Of a stretch of DNA of 64,000 nt, positions 29,001 to 41,661 are shown piece by piece. Numbering within the stretch: the first letter of the stretch is position 1; each line of letters opens with the position of its first letter. This stretch comes from Mizuhopecten yessoensis (taxonomy: Eukaryota): NCBI RefSeq assembly GCF_002113885.1, contig NW_018408532.1:668685-732684 (forward strand). The letters are read 5' to 3'. Below the pieces are notes generated by a model. The model made no database searches and was not told where the DNA came from. It saw only the letters and a program-made list of their open reading frames with translations. A program made the translations under genes and the position numbers.

Positions 29001-32000
29001 TTTTACATTAGTGTTGCCCTACTTGACTAAGAGTCTACCAAACAGACTATATTTGATCATGCTTTGTAGTTTTACCAAAAGTGATGCCCGAAATGATTCG
29101 ATCAGTCTTTGTGATTGAAAGGTTTCGAAACACTTCGTCGGTATTCCCTTCAAGAAACTGCATGTGGTCACCATGCATGGCCAAATAAGCAATGGATGCA
29201 TATCACAAAACTCCAATTTTGTACAACACATAATTTCACTCGGTAATCGCACTTTGATCAAAAGGTTAAGGCATAGCATAGGTGATACTGTTGGAGCAAA
29301 CGTTCACGTCGAAATTCAAGAAAGATCTTTGTGTTAAACACAAGGCAATAGCCCCTTTCGGAAATAACAACCCTAAAAGTATTTGTGACAGTTTGTTAAT
29401 CTCTTTTGGTTCGAAAAAAGTTGCCCCAACACGTCAGTCGAACCCATGCCGAAAAAAGCAAACCAGGGTTCAAAGGTTTATTAAACGCCCAAAACCACAC
29501 GGCCGACCACGGCGGGTCAAATCGATGTATCGTCTATATACACTGTATATGATGCCAGTTACATTCAGGGGTCAAATGTGTCTAACATTCGACACACTAC
29601 ACGCTGAAGAAACGCTTGTGTTGTGTAATGACCTGTTTACTCTAATATAAACTTCATTGTAATGATGTGTATGTATCAAATATGTGCACAATACCACCAG
29701 AGTATAAAAGACTGTTTCTGCGCAACACATAGCTCGATAGTGTACGTCCCCATCCGATGGATATGCATATATACACACAAAATGTATATTTATTTAAACA
29801 GAACATGATGTATCAAGAAGAAAAACAGTAAACACGAAAAACTACCATTATTACATTTGAAAAGTTCATGTTCACTGCATAAAAATCTTATATATTATTT
29901 TCTTTATCAAACATTTATCATTACTGGTAAAAACAAAAGGCGTATAGTACTACGCTCTTTAATTGTTGAATTTCAGTTATCTTTTTCAATGGCGAAGTAA
30001 AATTATCCTGCTAGAAAACTGATATAACTAATCCGAAAGTTTTGACGCCAAAAACTTTTGACGCCAAAAATTATGACCGCTAGGTGGCGCCAAATTTAAC
30101 TGATTTCAAAACCGAAAATGGCGGCGCCCATGGATAGACGCGGTGTCCCGAGAACAGGGAAAGGATGAAGGTAACAAACGAATATGTTTTGTTTATAAAC
30201 GTTTTAACTCGCGGAAACATGTCTTTATTTCCGCTGAAAACGAAGAAAATAATGGAACAGATCAAATGTTTTCAAACAAGTAAGGATAAGTTCGTGAATT
30301 CAAGTACGTTTGAATAAACCAACAATATTTCTTCCTTGAGCAAGAAAATGACCGTAATATACTGTATTGCTATCGTCATACATCAGGAAAGGGGCGTATA
30401 TCTATGTTTTATTTTACGTTAGCACCCAGGAATTGTCATTTGAACTGATTTCATGGACATTCCATCAAATGCTAATGGTTACAGCTATCAAAAACACTCA
30501 AAACAAAGAAATATATCTTTATCTTTCATTTTTGCCTCAAGTATATACATAATTTTGTTATTGTGATCTTTGATTTTACAGTTCGCACTGCCACACTGAG
30601 ATTTAAATAATAATTGAAAACATGGATGGTCTGTATAACTATATTTACATTCGTGGATAATCGTTGTCAAACCAAACCGAACGGCTAAATAAGGTGGAAA
30701 TGGAGTATGTCAAAAAGCACCGGAAACAAAGGAATGACGCGATTTCATTTGACAGATATTTGAGAGTTTCTTACGTGTACAAATCTCCGGTAAATGCAGT
30801 CGCTTGATTCATCACAATGTTTTGTGATACCTCCGTAATATCTCCGCAAATTTCGTCAATGTCTCCATACTGCTCAACCATGTTTGAATTCACAACAGCA
30901 CCATGCACCAGAACGAGGCTACGTTACCATGACTTAAAGACGTCATAATGTTGATGACGTCATTATCACTTCATTGTTAAATCTGTCCAATTATAATGAC
31001 AAAATTCTTAGTTAGATGTACAATTTTTCATTCGACACATATTTGCTACTTTTGTTTGACAAATATTTTCTACTAATGCCAAACTTATTCAAAGACATTT
31101 ATGATGTGTGAAGGGGGAAAACAACCTTTGTCCAATTTCAATGTCAAAATTCTGATTTAAATGCACATGACAAATTTCTCTTAAACATATGCATTGCTAT
31201 TTATTTGTCGAAATGTCTGTATTGCTGTTTTATTATTCATCACGAGACGTCAAAAGGAACATTAAACCATCCTTTTTGATTCACATCTGATGACAAGTTA
31301 TTATTTAATTCAAATTTGCTCTCACTTTCTCGTAAAATATGTGTATTTTTAGCATCTTCCCAATCTGCTATATCAATTGTATCGTCCTTGAATGCTAATC
31401 TGTTCCAGAAACGAACACTTGTCTGATCTGCGAAAGAGATAAAGAGATTTGGTGTAACATGTTCATTTGTCTTCTTCTGACTATCACCTCCTTTGATCTT
31501 CGTCAACCCCTTTTAGACTGCTGTTGTTACATTACGTAACATTTTTTTAGATTTATCAAAAAACGACTAACTCGCCAAAAGGAGTTTTTCCTTTAATCTC
31601 GAAAAAACCTACATTTGAAGGTGAGTGATAAATCTGATATGTAAAAATAAGTAGGATAAAAATATAACAAATGCCTCGTCTTCATTTATCAATTTTGTCT
31701 GTATGAATTGTAAATACTTATCGATTTATTTTCTATGTAAATTTTAAATCAATGTGGCGAGACTGTTATTAATAAAAGCTAACAATAGGAACACAGGTAA
31801 ATATAACGATCTAGATACATGTACCGTGCATTTCCGTTTTATTTTAACTTTAACTAATTTTGAAAAATAAAACATAATTACAATTGATAGAGGCGCTATA
31901 TGGTGTTATAATATGTATGCATTGTAAATGTATATGACAAACAGTATCAGACGCCAGGGGGCGGAAATATAAGCAGGCAATGTGCAAAGAGCTTTGCCGT

Positions 32001-33249
32001 AATGTCAAGTAGTCCGCGATCACATAATTACATAATCGAGGCCTCTTCTGGTTCTTCTGCTCCTTTTCACCGCCCTGTCCCGTGTCTGACATTGACGAGT
32101 AGCCCACCCCCGGGATCTTTTCAGACTCTGATAGCTACCGTCAACGGAATGCCAAGTGTTTATATTCCTCGACACCTCAACTTCAAAGCTGGCCAAATGT
32201 TACCGTTCATATCAATCAGAGTTATTTATGTGGACTTCTGGACGAGAACGATGTCACTTTGAGTGAACAGTGTATGAACTGTTTCATTCATTCCAAACTA
32301 TATTCATCTGTAAGACATACCAGCGACATTGTAGACAAACCATCTGATACGGCACGCTCTAAAATACAGTCATGTCCCTGTAGTTAACGAGGGAAGAGAT
32401 TAGAGGTCGGGGGCGGGGTAACATTAGTTTATGCACTTTGTTCTAGGTAAGTACTACTAAATTGTTCGGTTTTTCAGAACAGTCCATCTTAAAATTGAAA
32501 GAAATAATATTTTCTATTTACAACGGTGGGTCATCTTAGCTTTCCCACTATCAGTGTTGAAAATCTGTCATCTTCATAGTGAAGATTAAGCTTTGATTTC
32601 AAAGATTTACTAAAGTTAGGCTCTACAACATGCTCGGCCCCCACCACAGGCGAAGTAGTCTGTTTATAGTGACGAGACTTGCTACACATCTATGTATTGT
32701 AATGCCTTTTGTTTTCTTTACGCGGCTACATCATATCACGCTAACTGCTGACGCCTAATGTTTTATAAAAATAGCCCTAGTATAAACGCTGTTTTTATTC
32801 AGATATCTTATCACTGCTATTAGCCTTCATCGCCTGTGTTATTTCCCACATTAATGACATGTAATTGTGCAGTACTGCGGGGCGCTCCCGCACATAGAGC
32901 GCCGATAGCCTGTCAGCTGGCGCATTCCGCTATCGGCAGACGACAGCGACTATTTCCCGCCATCTGGTGAGGCTAACGAAGCTGAGTGCTGATCGAGTCT
33001 ATGTTCGGGGGAATATGTGTCTTTTTAAAAAGTCCAAGTGTTCCTGATCTAAGGCCTATCCATTAGCGAAAGTTGTTTCCCCATAGGGAATCATTTTGGT
33101 GATTTAAGGAAAATTCTTAAGGAACTGAAGGGGTGTAAGGTTATTGTTTTTCTTATACAACTTATTTGTGGTCCCTCATGGAAAAATAGTGTACAAGCAC
33201 ATTTTATTTTTTGCATGGAAATAAATATATGACACATTGTTAAAATAAT

Positions 33250-33612
33250 TACACAGTTAAAGTTTTTTTCATTAGAAGATTATACAGTTAAAGTATGGCC
33301 ATTTGAATATTGCGCAGTTAAAATATGGCCATTTGAAGATTGCGCAGTTAAAGTATGGCCATTTGAAGATTGCGCAGTTGAAGTATGGCCATTTGAAGAT
33401 CACACAGTTAATATATGGTCATTTGAAGAGCACACAGTTAATATATGGCCATTTAAGATTGCGCAGTTAAAGTACGGCCATTTGAAGATCACACAGTTAA
33501 TATATGGCCATTTGAAAATTACACAGTTAAAGTATGGCCATTTGAATATTACACAGTTAAAGTATGGTCATTTGAAGATTACACATTTAAAGTATGGGCA
33601 TTTGAAGATATA
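33250..33612. repeat. 30-bp minisatellite, about 11 copies
   Basis: Unit CAGTTAAAGTATGGCCATTTGAAGATT(G/A)C(G/A), period 30. Confidence 0.95.
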
Positions 33613-34950
33613 TGTAAGAAGGTTTGTAGTTCCCAATGACTAGCCCTATTTCTCTCGGCTAAGCCTCGAGAATGGGCATACATGTACACGTAGCCTCATA
33701 ACCATACGTTACATGTAGCTAAAAATACTAATAACACATGTTCTTAATTTCCCCCAATTACCATAACCAAGGGATCAAATCTCGCAGTAACTTTTGGGGT
33801 TATTTTTAGCAAATGTGACACTATTTATCAAAACCAGAAACTATTTGAGAACACGAGTGGACGCGTATGTTCAATTTACAAACTTCAAAGTGATAGACAT
33901 CAATTCTGTTTTGAGGAGATAGGCATTTACCATAAAAAATAATATCATACGTAGATACAGTTTTTATTACGAGTTCGTCACTTTGGGGAATCTTCAAAGA
34001 AAATCTATCTGATAATTAATAGCGCTCATAAACATTTGGCTAGAAAATGTGATCACGATTTTTTTCACGGATTCCTCATAACTTTAATTCCTATAAGCCC
34101 TTCCTGTAAGACACACCGGGGGAATGTAATTACTGACCGTCTTTGTTCTGAACTCTGCCACTCTACGCCGAGTTGTAATACGAAAAACCCCTAAGAGTAG
34201 TTAATCAATGATGCGAACTGAAGAAAACTGAGATGAGTTTTAAGCTGTGTTTTTGTTAATGCTATGTTAGCTTGCAAAACAGACACAATCTTCTACCGCG
34301 TTGGTGTAAATACACATTTACCTGTACATATTGTAAAATCAAAAAGGTATCTAAATCATATACATGTATACAGATACACCTTCGTTAAAACAATGTTCGT
34401 CTCGACCTTAATTCTATAACGCAAAATAAAGACATCTACTATGTTTTCATTGTTTTCATAATTGAAACTTTTAAATACAACAGGGAAAACATTTTTGTTT
34501 TCTTTAAATTGATGTAAGAAATGTTAGAGAGCATCCCAATAGAAGCCCCGGGGGGCCCGGGCCCGTTTGTCGCTGCATACAGCTTTGCCCCCAATACAAC
34601 ACCAAGATTAGCCCCGGGCCCCCTCGTCGCTGCACCACAGCTGTTGTTCCCCATAACCAGTTTTTTCTGATTTTTATCATAATTTTCTGTGCACAGAGAC
34701 GTACTACGCCCGGGGTTTCGTGGAAATGGACGAGGTTAGACGATTTATTTTTGACCCCGAAAGATATAACTTTAAGACTTCTTAGCTCAGGGTTATATTT
34801 GACAATCAATTTTTAGAAACTTTTTAAAACTGTCATGAACCATGTTTGTCTTTTTTTTTAATTCATAAGGGTGTAACGTACCTTCTAAATGTAAAGATAT
34901 GATAATCTATTTGTATATGACGTATGCTATGCCGTTTCAAACTGTTTTCC

Positions 34951-35183
34951 GGGGCCTCGGTGTCCAAGTGGTTAAGGCGTCAACATTCTGCTACCACTAG
35001 CTCTCCACCACTTGGTCGCGGGTTCGAGGCCTACGTGGAGCAGTCGCCAGGTACTACATGTAGTCTGTGTCGGTGGTTTTTCTCGGAAACTCCGGCTTTC
35101 CTCTACCAAAAAAGCACCCCTGGCACGTCCTTAAATTACCATAGCTGTTAATAGGACGTAAAACACAAACAAACCAAACCAAA
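34951..35183 (+). mobile_element. Full-length tRNA-derived SINE with V-domain-like centre, copy 1
   Basis: Head GGGGCCTCGGTGTCCAAGTGGTTAAGG (A box-like); B box GGTTCGAGGCC; central GGTGGTTTTTCTCGGAAACTCCGGCTTTCCTC resembles the V-SINE domain; tail GCTGTTAATAGGACGTAAAAC(AAAC)n. A 14-bp target-site duplication TCAAACTGTT(T/G)TCC sits at 34937-34950 and 35184-35197. Confidence 0.9.
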
Positions 35184-35459
35184 TCAAACTGTTGTCCTTC
35201 AGTTAATTGAAACCGGTATCATATCACAAAAGTTAACACACTGTACACAGACGATAGCTGGTTTAAAGTTAACATAGGCGTTCAAAATCGGCGGTAAAGA
35301 TAAGGGGTTATAGGTCAGGGGATATTCAGACAGACAGTTAAGATAAGAAGTCAATATAAACGGTATATAGATAGCAGACTAAGACATGAGGTTAAGATAT
35401 AGGTAATTTAAGGCCGAAGGATGAGATAGGGCAAATTAGGATCATACAGGCGGTTGGAT

Positions 35460-36000
35460 AATGATATTTAGACAGGAGTTTAGAATAGTCTATGATAAGA
35501 TGTTTAGACAGGAATTTAGAAAAGGCTAGGTTAAGATGTTGAACAGGCTATGATAATATGTTTAGACCGGAATTTAGAATAGGCTATGATAATATGTTTA
35601 AACGGGAGTTTAGAATAGGCTAGGATAATATGTTTAGACAGGAATTTATAATAGGCTATGATAATATGTTTAAACGGGAGTTTAGAATAGGCTATGCTAA
35701 TATGTTTAAACGGGAGTTTAGAATAGGCTATGATAATATGTTTATAACATGTTTAGACAGGCGGTTTAGAATAGGCCAGGATAAGATGTTTGAACGGGAG
35801 TTTTGACTGGGCTAGAATAAGATGTTTAGACAGGTGGTTTAATTTAAAATAGGCTACGATAAGATGTTTAGACAGGAGTTTAGAATAGGCTAGGATAATA
35901 TGTTTAGACAGGAATTTAGAATAGGCTATGATAAGATGTTTAAACAGGAGTTTAGAATATGCTATGATAAGATGTTTAGATAGGCGGTTTAGAATAGAGG
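35460..36000. repeat. 36-bp minisatellite, copy 1
   Basis: Unit approx. TGTTTAGACAGGAGTTTAGAATAGGCTATGATAA(G/T)A; it produces the 12-aa periodic spurious ORF at 35753-36007. Confidence 0.9.
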
Positions 36001-36583
36001 TGAACACAGTAGATTAAGACGGCAGTTAAGATAGGAGACTAAGATTTTAGTTCGAGAAAGAAGGTTAAGGACACATGTAGGACGTGAAGATAGTCTGTTC
36101 ATATTAGCCAAGAAGACAGATAATGACAGAAAGGTAAAATAAGTTCCAGGCAGGAGAAAAGAAATCTGAGCATATCTTGATCTATGTTCTCCGTTCCGTA
36201 AACTGCACTCTGCTACGTCACAGAACGGAGCGTAGATCCAGATATGGTATTTGCTTAATGTAGGATGTTAAGACTCGAAGTAAAGAAAGGGGTTTAAGTG
36301 AAAAGGTTGTGAAAGAATTAAGATAGGAGATAAAGACTGGATGTTAAGCCTGAATGACAATTTAAGATAAGAAGATAAAAGATAAATGGAGAGGAGGTAG
36401 AGAAAGGGGGTTACAGTATTTTAGGGGTTTAAGACAGGAAATTAAGATGAAGATGAGACAATCCGCTTTGACAGGAGGATAGCGCAGGATGACGCGATTT
36501 TCTAAGAGGTGTTGACCCAGTTGTTGTCTTACGGAACACTTTCATTAAGAAATGTTTTTATATCATTCACGAATTTATTTCAG

Positions 36584-36651
36584 AGCAACGAGACTCCATT
36601 GCATGTATAATTCGACCGGACATTAATATGGGATTTGAAATGTTGCGGTCG
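36584..36651 (+). other. Putative non-coding 5' UTR exon of the GPCR gene
   Basis: Acceptor TTTATTTCAG ends at 36583 and donor G/GTATGT is at 36652. A strong acceptor (CTCCTTTTTATCCTTTCAG) ends at 36933 and opens the exon that contains the CDS. Splice signals only; no transcript evidence. Confidence 0.5.
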
Positions 36652-37220
36652 GTATGTGTGTGTGAGAAAAAGATAAGAATACGAACATCTTAATTCACAC
36701 TTACAGTATGCATCATGACAGTCGACAAGGTATTCGTCGGTATTTGTCCTAACTAAACCCTCACCACTAGATTAATGTTTTATGGTAATTAGACAGTTGC
36801 ATTATAATGAACAGCACAGATAAATAAATAGTTAAATTATGGAGATTGGGAATTGTTTTGTTTGTGTATTCCCAGTATCTTATAATTCTTCATCATAAAT
36901 GTTTCATAAAGCGTCTCCTTTTTATCCTTTCAGAGCCTTTCCGAGTTAAGACCAACACCGCTAACTGTGACTTTGGAATTCAACACCAGGGATAAAACAC
37001 CAGTTAGCCTTGATTCCGTTTTTGCGTGTGCGCATCAGAGGGCTACAAAAGATATCAACGATATTGGACGGACTGGGAGTGTTACAAAGAACGCGAGAAG
37101 TTCCAACGTTTAATATAAAAGAATCATGTTTACAAATGACACTTTGATGTAACAATCATCAAATCTGTGTCAATAGTAGAATAGACGAGTTACCATTGTG
37201 TACTTGATGTTGTTCACGGA

Positions 37221-38336
37221 ATGCTAAATACAACGGCGGAAGTGAACTGCACTGCCCTGTTGGAGGGCAAACCGGGTCCCCCGCCATTTTATTCGATTGA
37301 GGTTCGGGCGGTACTCGGTCTCGTCCTGACGTTATTTCCGGTGTTGACATTTTTCGGAAACGCGCTTGTGATAGTAGCTGTTTTCACGCATAAGCGCCTG
37401 CGCACCATCACCAATGTGTTCGTTGTGTCGCTAGCGCTGGCCGACTGCATGGTGGCGCTATCGGTCATGCCGTTCGGAGTCTATCAGCAGCTAAGCAATA
37501 AGTCATGGGCGCTTGGCCACACACTGTGTCTTGTATCGACGAGTTTAGACGTTATGTTTACGACGACTTCCATCATACATCTGTCCTGTCTCGCCATCGA
37601 CAGATACCTCGCCATCTGTCGTCCCTTCCTACATGAACGACTCAACAATTCCGTGATCGCTGGCATGATCGTGTGTTGTTGGTTCACGCCAATATTGATA
37701 TCATTTGTTCCTATAATGAACGAGTGGAACCTGTTCGGAATCGAGGATTTGTACGGGTGTTTTTTTCCGGATGACACAACCTGTGGTTTCCTTGTCAACA
37801 CAACGTTTGCTGTCGTGTGTTCCACTATAGCTTTTTACCTCCCTACAGTATTTATGATTGTGTGCAACGTACGAATATTTTTAGCAGCAGAAAAACAAGC
37901 AAAACATATCCGTAGTTTAGAACTGCACTTGCACAAGCACCAGACTGGAAAATTCAAACGGGAGACCAAAGCTGCAAAGACGATCTCGATCATTATGGGA
38001 TGTTTCTGTGTGTGCTGGTTTCCTTTTTTCATTCTTAACATCATAGACCCAATACTTGGCTACACAACTCCATACATCCCTTGGACAGTGGCCCTGTGGC
38101 TAGGGTATCTCAACTCCATGCTCAATCCCTTCCTCTATTACAACTTTAACAGGGGTTTCAGAATGGCGTTCAGACGATTGCTCACCTTCAAGGTGTGTCG
38201 AGGGGTGAGTGAGTTTGAGGACGAATACGTCAGCGTGGCTAACTTATCAACGGAAGTGACGCACAATGGCCATAGTCCAGCAAATACTGAGGTTTCGAAC
38301 CCAATGTCCACAGAACTATCAGATCTTAGCACTTAA
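37221..38336 (+). CDS. HTR4: 5-hydroxytryptamine (serotonin) receptor 4-like class A GPCR, copy 1
   Basis: 371-aa ORF with 7 hydrophobic segments. Motifs: GN in TM1, LALAD in TM2, aminergic TM3 Asp (LDVMFTT), DRY, CWFPFF and NPFLY. The TM6-TM7 stretch ETKAAKTISIIMGCFCVCWFPFFILNIIDP...WLGYLNSMLNPFLY closely resembles vertebrate 5-HT4. N-terminal N-glycosylation sequons (NTT, NCT); in-frame stop upstream of the ATG. Subtype is assigned by recalled similarity, not phylogeny. Confidence 0.9.
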   Translation: MLNTTAEVNCTALLEGKPGPPPFYSIEVRAVLGLVLTLFPVLTFFGNALVIVAVFTHKRLRTITNVFVVSLALADCMVALSVMPFGVYQQLSNKSWALGHTLCLVSTSLDVMFTTTSIIHLSCLAIDRYLAICRPFLHERLNNSVIAGMIVCCWFTPILISFVPIMNEWNLFGIEDLYGCFFPDDTTCGFLVNTTFAVVCSTIAFYLPTVFMIVCNVRIFLAAEKQAKHIRSLELHLHKHQTGKFKRETKAAKTISIIMGCFCVCWFPFFILNIIDPILGYTTPYIPWTVALWLGYLNSMLNPFLYYNFNRGFRMAFRRLLTFKVCRGVSEFEDEYVSVANLSTEVTHNGHSPANTEVSNPMSTELSDLST

Positions 38337-38846
38337 TAATGGAGTAGTGTAGTAATAATATGTATGTGCTTTCATTATTTTTACTTACAAATTAACAAAC
38401 TTGATTAACATTGTTATGTGAGGTTCGCTATTTTTAACGGTGCCATTCTTGCTTATTTTTTTTTTAAAGATGTACACATTTTAATAAACTCGCAAATAGG
38501 CAGGGTGTCTTCAAACCCGGTGCATTTTGCGTATTTTACTGATGAAATGTATCATTACTTAATTCTCGAGGATAATGAAAAACTTAAGGATATGCCATGT
38601 ACTGGCATGCAATACCAGAATCGAATTGGCGATATGCTCACATGCTTTTTATTGGGAATGTTTAAGGTTCCCGTACCACTGCCAGAAAATGCAACTTCAA
38701 ATTGAAGACTTTTTAAATGCATGACTTTAACTATAATTATTTATGAAAAGAAACCGATTCAGAGTAGAACTTTTATGGAGAAAAAATGAATGGCATTTAA
38801 AAAAGGCAGTAACAACAGTACTCCTAAAGTAAACGGAGCCACAAGA

Positions 38847-39110
38847 GGGCCTGTATTCATGAAACTGATCTCAAGCTCAAACCCAAATTCTGGGATCAAG
38901 CCCAATTTCTTCTCCTGGTCATAAATTTATAAAATTTAACTTTTGTCAATTAATTTGTATAATTGTACAAAGACTAACAGTCGAATAACGCTTAAAATGT
39001 TTACGCTTGATATTTCGATCGTGTCACATGATTAAAGCGGGTAACAAAACAATTGGTTTGAGCACAAAATCCATGCTTGAGCAATAGAACGTTTACATAA
39101 ATGCGAGCCT
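38847..39110 (+). mobile_element. MITE with imperfect long TIRs, copy 1
   Basis: Left end GGGCCTGTATTCATGAAAC..CTCAAGCTCAAACC and right end GGTTTGAGCAC..GCTTGAGC..GTTTACATAAATGCGAGCC are imperfect inverted repeats. A diverged family member lies at 46895-47115. Confidence 0.6.
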
Positions 39111-39161
39111 AGGATTCGAACCCAGGTCCTCTGATCATACACAGGAACTCTGTGTTCAGCA

Positions 39162-40052
39162 GTAGTTCCTCGGCCAGGTCCCTCTACAGTTATAGCCAAA
39201 GCGAGGTTGAGGGGGTAGTTTCTTGGCCAGGTCCTTCTACAGTTTTATCCAAAACGAGGTTAAGGGGGGTAGTTCCTTGACCAGGTCCTTCTACAGTTAT
39301 ATCCAAAATGAGGTTAAGGGGATAGTTCCTTGGCCAGGTCCCTCTACAGTTATATCCAAAACGAGGTTTAGGGGGTAGTTCCTTGGCCTGGTCCCTCTAC
39401 AGTTATATCCAAAACGAGGTTAAGGGGATAGTTCCTTGACCAGATCCCTCTACAGTTATATTCAAAACGAGGTTAAGGGGGTAGTTCCTTGGCCAGGTCC
39501 CTCTACAGTTATATCCAAAACGAGGTTTAGGGGGTAGTTCCTTGGCCTGGTCCCTCTACAGTTATATCCAAAACGAGGTTAAGGGGATAGTTCCTTGACC
39601 AGATCCCTCTACAGTTATATTCAAAACGAGGTTAAGGGGGTAGTTCCTTGGCCAGGTCCCTCTACAGTTATATCCAAAACGAGGTTTAGGGGGTAGTTCC
39701 TTGGCCTGGTCCCTCTACAGTTATATCCAAAACGAGGTTAAGGGGGTAGTTCCTTGGCCTGGTCCCTCTACAGTTATATTCAAAACGAGGTTTAGGGGGT
39801 AGTTCCTTGGCCAGGTCCCTCTACAGTTATATCCAAAACGAGGTTTAGGGGGTAGTTCCTTGGCCTGGTCCCTCTACAGTTATATCCAAAACGAGGTTAA
39901 GGGGATAGTTCCTTGACCAGATCCCTTTACAGTTATATTCAAAACGAGGTTAAGGGGGTAGTTCCTTGGCCAGGTCCCTCTACAGTTATATCCAAAAGGA
40001 GTTTAAGGGGCTAGTTCCTTGGCGAGGTCCCTCTGTAGTTCCTTGGCCAGGA
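39162..40052. repeat. 53-bp minisatellite, truncated at the N gap
   Basis: Unit GTAGTTCCTTGGCCAGGTCCCTCTACAGTTATATCCAAAACGAGGTTAAGGGG (period 53). Confidence 0.95.
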
Positions 40053-40611
40053 NATGTTCGTCTCGACCTTAATTCTATAACGCAAAATAAAGACATCTAC
40101 TATGTTTTCATTGTTTTCATAATTGAAACTTTTAAATACAACAGGGAAAACATTTTTGTTTTCTTTAAATTGATGTAAGAAATGTTAGAGAGCATCCCAA
40201 TAGAAGCCCCGGGGGGCCCGGGCCCGTTTGTCGCTGCATACAGCTTTGCCCCCAATACAACACCAAGATTAGCCCCGGGCCCCCTCGTCGCTGCACCACA
40301 GCTGTTGTTCCCCATAACCAGTTTTTTCTGATTTTTATCATAATTTTCTGTGCACAGAGACGTACTACGCCCGGGGTTTCGTGGAAATGGACGAGGTTAG
40401 ACGATTTATTTTTGACCCCGAAAGATATAACTTTAAGACTTCTTAGCTCAGGGTTATATTTGACAATCAATTTTTAGAAACTTTTTAAAACTGTCATGAA
40501 CCATGTTTGTCTTTTTTTTTAATTCATAAGGGTGTAACGTACCTTCTAAATGTAAAGATATGATAATCTATTTGTATATGACGTATGCTATGCCGTTTCA
40601 AACTGTTTTCC

Positions 40612-40844
40612 GGGGCCTCGGTGTCCAAGTGGTTAAGGCGTCAACATTCTGCTACCACTAGCTCTCCACCACTTGGTCGCGGGTTCGAGGCCTACGTGGA
40701 GCAGTCGCCAGGTACTACATGTAGTCTGTGTCGGTGGTTTTTCTCGGAAACTCCGGCTTTCCTCTACCAAAAAAGCACCCCTGGCACGTCCTTAAATTAC
40801 CATAGCTGTTAATAGGACGTAAAACACAAACAAACCAAACCAAA
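40612..40844 (+). mobile_element. tRNA-derived SINE, duplicate of 34951-35183
   Basis: Identical copy at offset 5661. Confidence 0.9.
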
Positions 40845-41120
40845 TCAAACTGTTGTCCTTCAGTTAATTGAAACCGGTATCATATCACAAAAGTTAACAC
40901 ACTGTACACAGACGATAGCTGGTTTAAAGTTAACATAGGCGTTCAAAATCGGCGGTAAAGATAAGGGGTTATAGGTCAGGGGATATTCAGACAGACAGTT
41001 AAGATAAGAAGTCAATATAAACGGTATATAGATAGCAGACTAAGACATGAGGTTAAGATATAGGTAATTTAAGGCCGAAGGATGAGATAGGGCAAATTAG
41101 GATCATACAGGCGGTTGGAT

Positions 41121-41661
41121 AATGATATTTAGACAGGAGTTTAGAATAGTCTATGATAAGATGTTTAGACAGGAATTTAGAAAAGGCTAGGTTAAGATGT
41201 TGAACAGGCTATGATAATATGTTTAGACCGGAATTTAGAATAGGCTATGATAATATGTTTAAACGGGAGTTTAGAATAGGCTAGGATAATATGTTTAGAC
41301 AGGAATTTATAATAGGCTATGATAATATGTTTAAACGGGAGTTTAGAATAGGCTATGCTAATATGTTTAAACGGGAGTTTAGAATAGGCTATGATAATAT
41401 GTTTATAACATGTTTAGACAGGCGGTTTAGAATAGGCCAGGATAAGATGTTTGAACGGGAGTTTTGACTGGGCTAGAATAAGATGTTTAGACAGGTGGTT
41501 TAATTTAAAATAGGCTACGATAAGATGTTTAGACAGGAGTTTAGAATAGGCTAGGATAATATGTTTAGACAGGAATTTAGAATAGGCTATGATAAGATGT
41601 TTAAACAGGAGTTTAGAATATGCTATGATAAGATGTTTAGATAGGCGGTTTAGAATAGAGG
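41121..41661. repeat. 36-bp minisatellite, duplicate copy
   Basis: Identical to 35460-36000 at offset 5661. Confidence 0.9.

Noticed and set aside
29430-29520. Minus-strand tRNA-like head (CGGCCGTGTGG ... GGTTCGACT)
   Set aside because: Probably a SINE-head relic, but no body or tail was identified, so it is too weak to list.
30700-31506. Coding-looking fragments, including ORF 31240-31506, as a possible DNA transposon relic
   Set aside because: No transposase or recombinase motif was recognised, and no ends could be defined.
34951-35040. Possible tRNA gene
   Set aside because: It has A/B boxes but no cloverleaf and continues into a SINE body, tail and TSD.
37484-38332. Antisense ORFs overlapping the GPCR (and their duplicates at 43145-43993)
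   Set aside because: Shadow frames of the real CDS, broken by stops.
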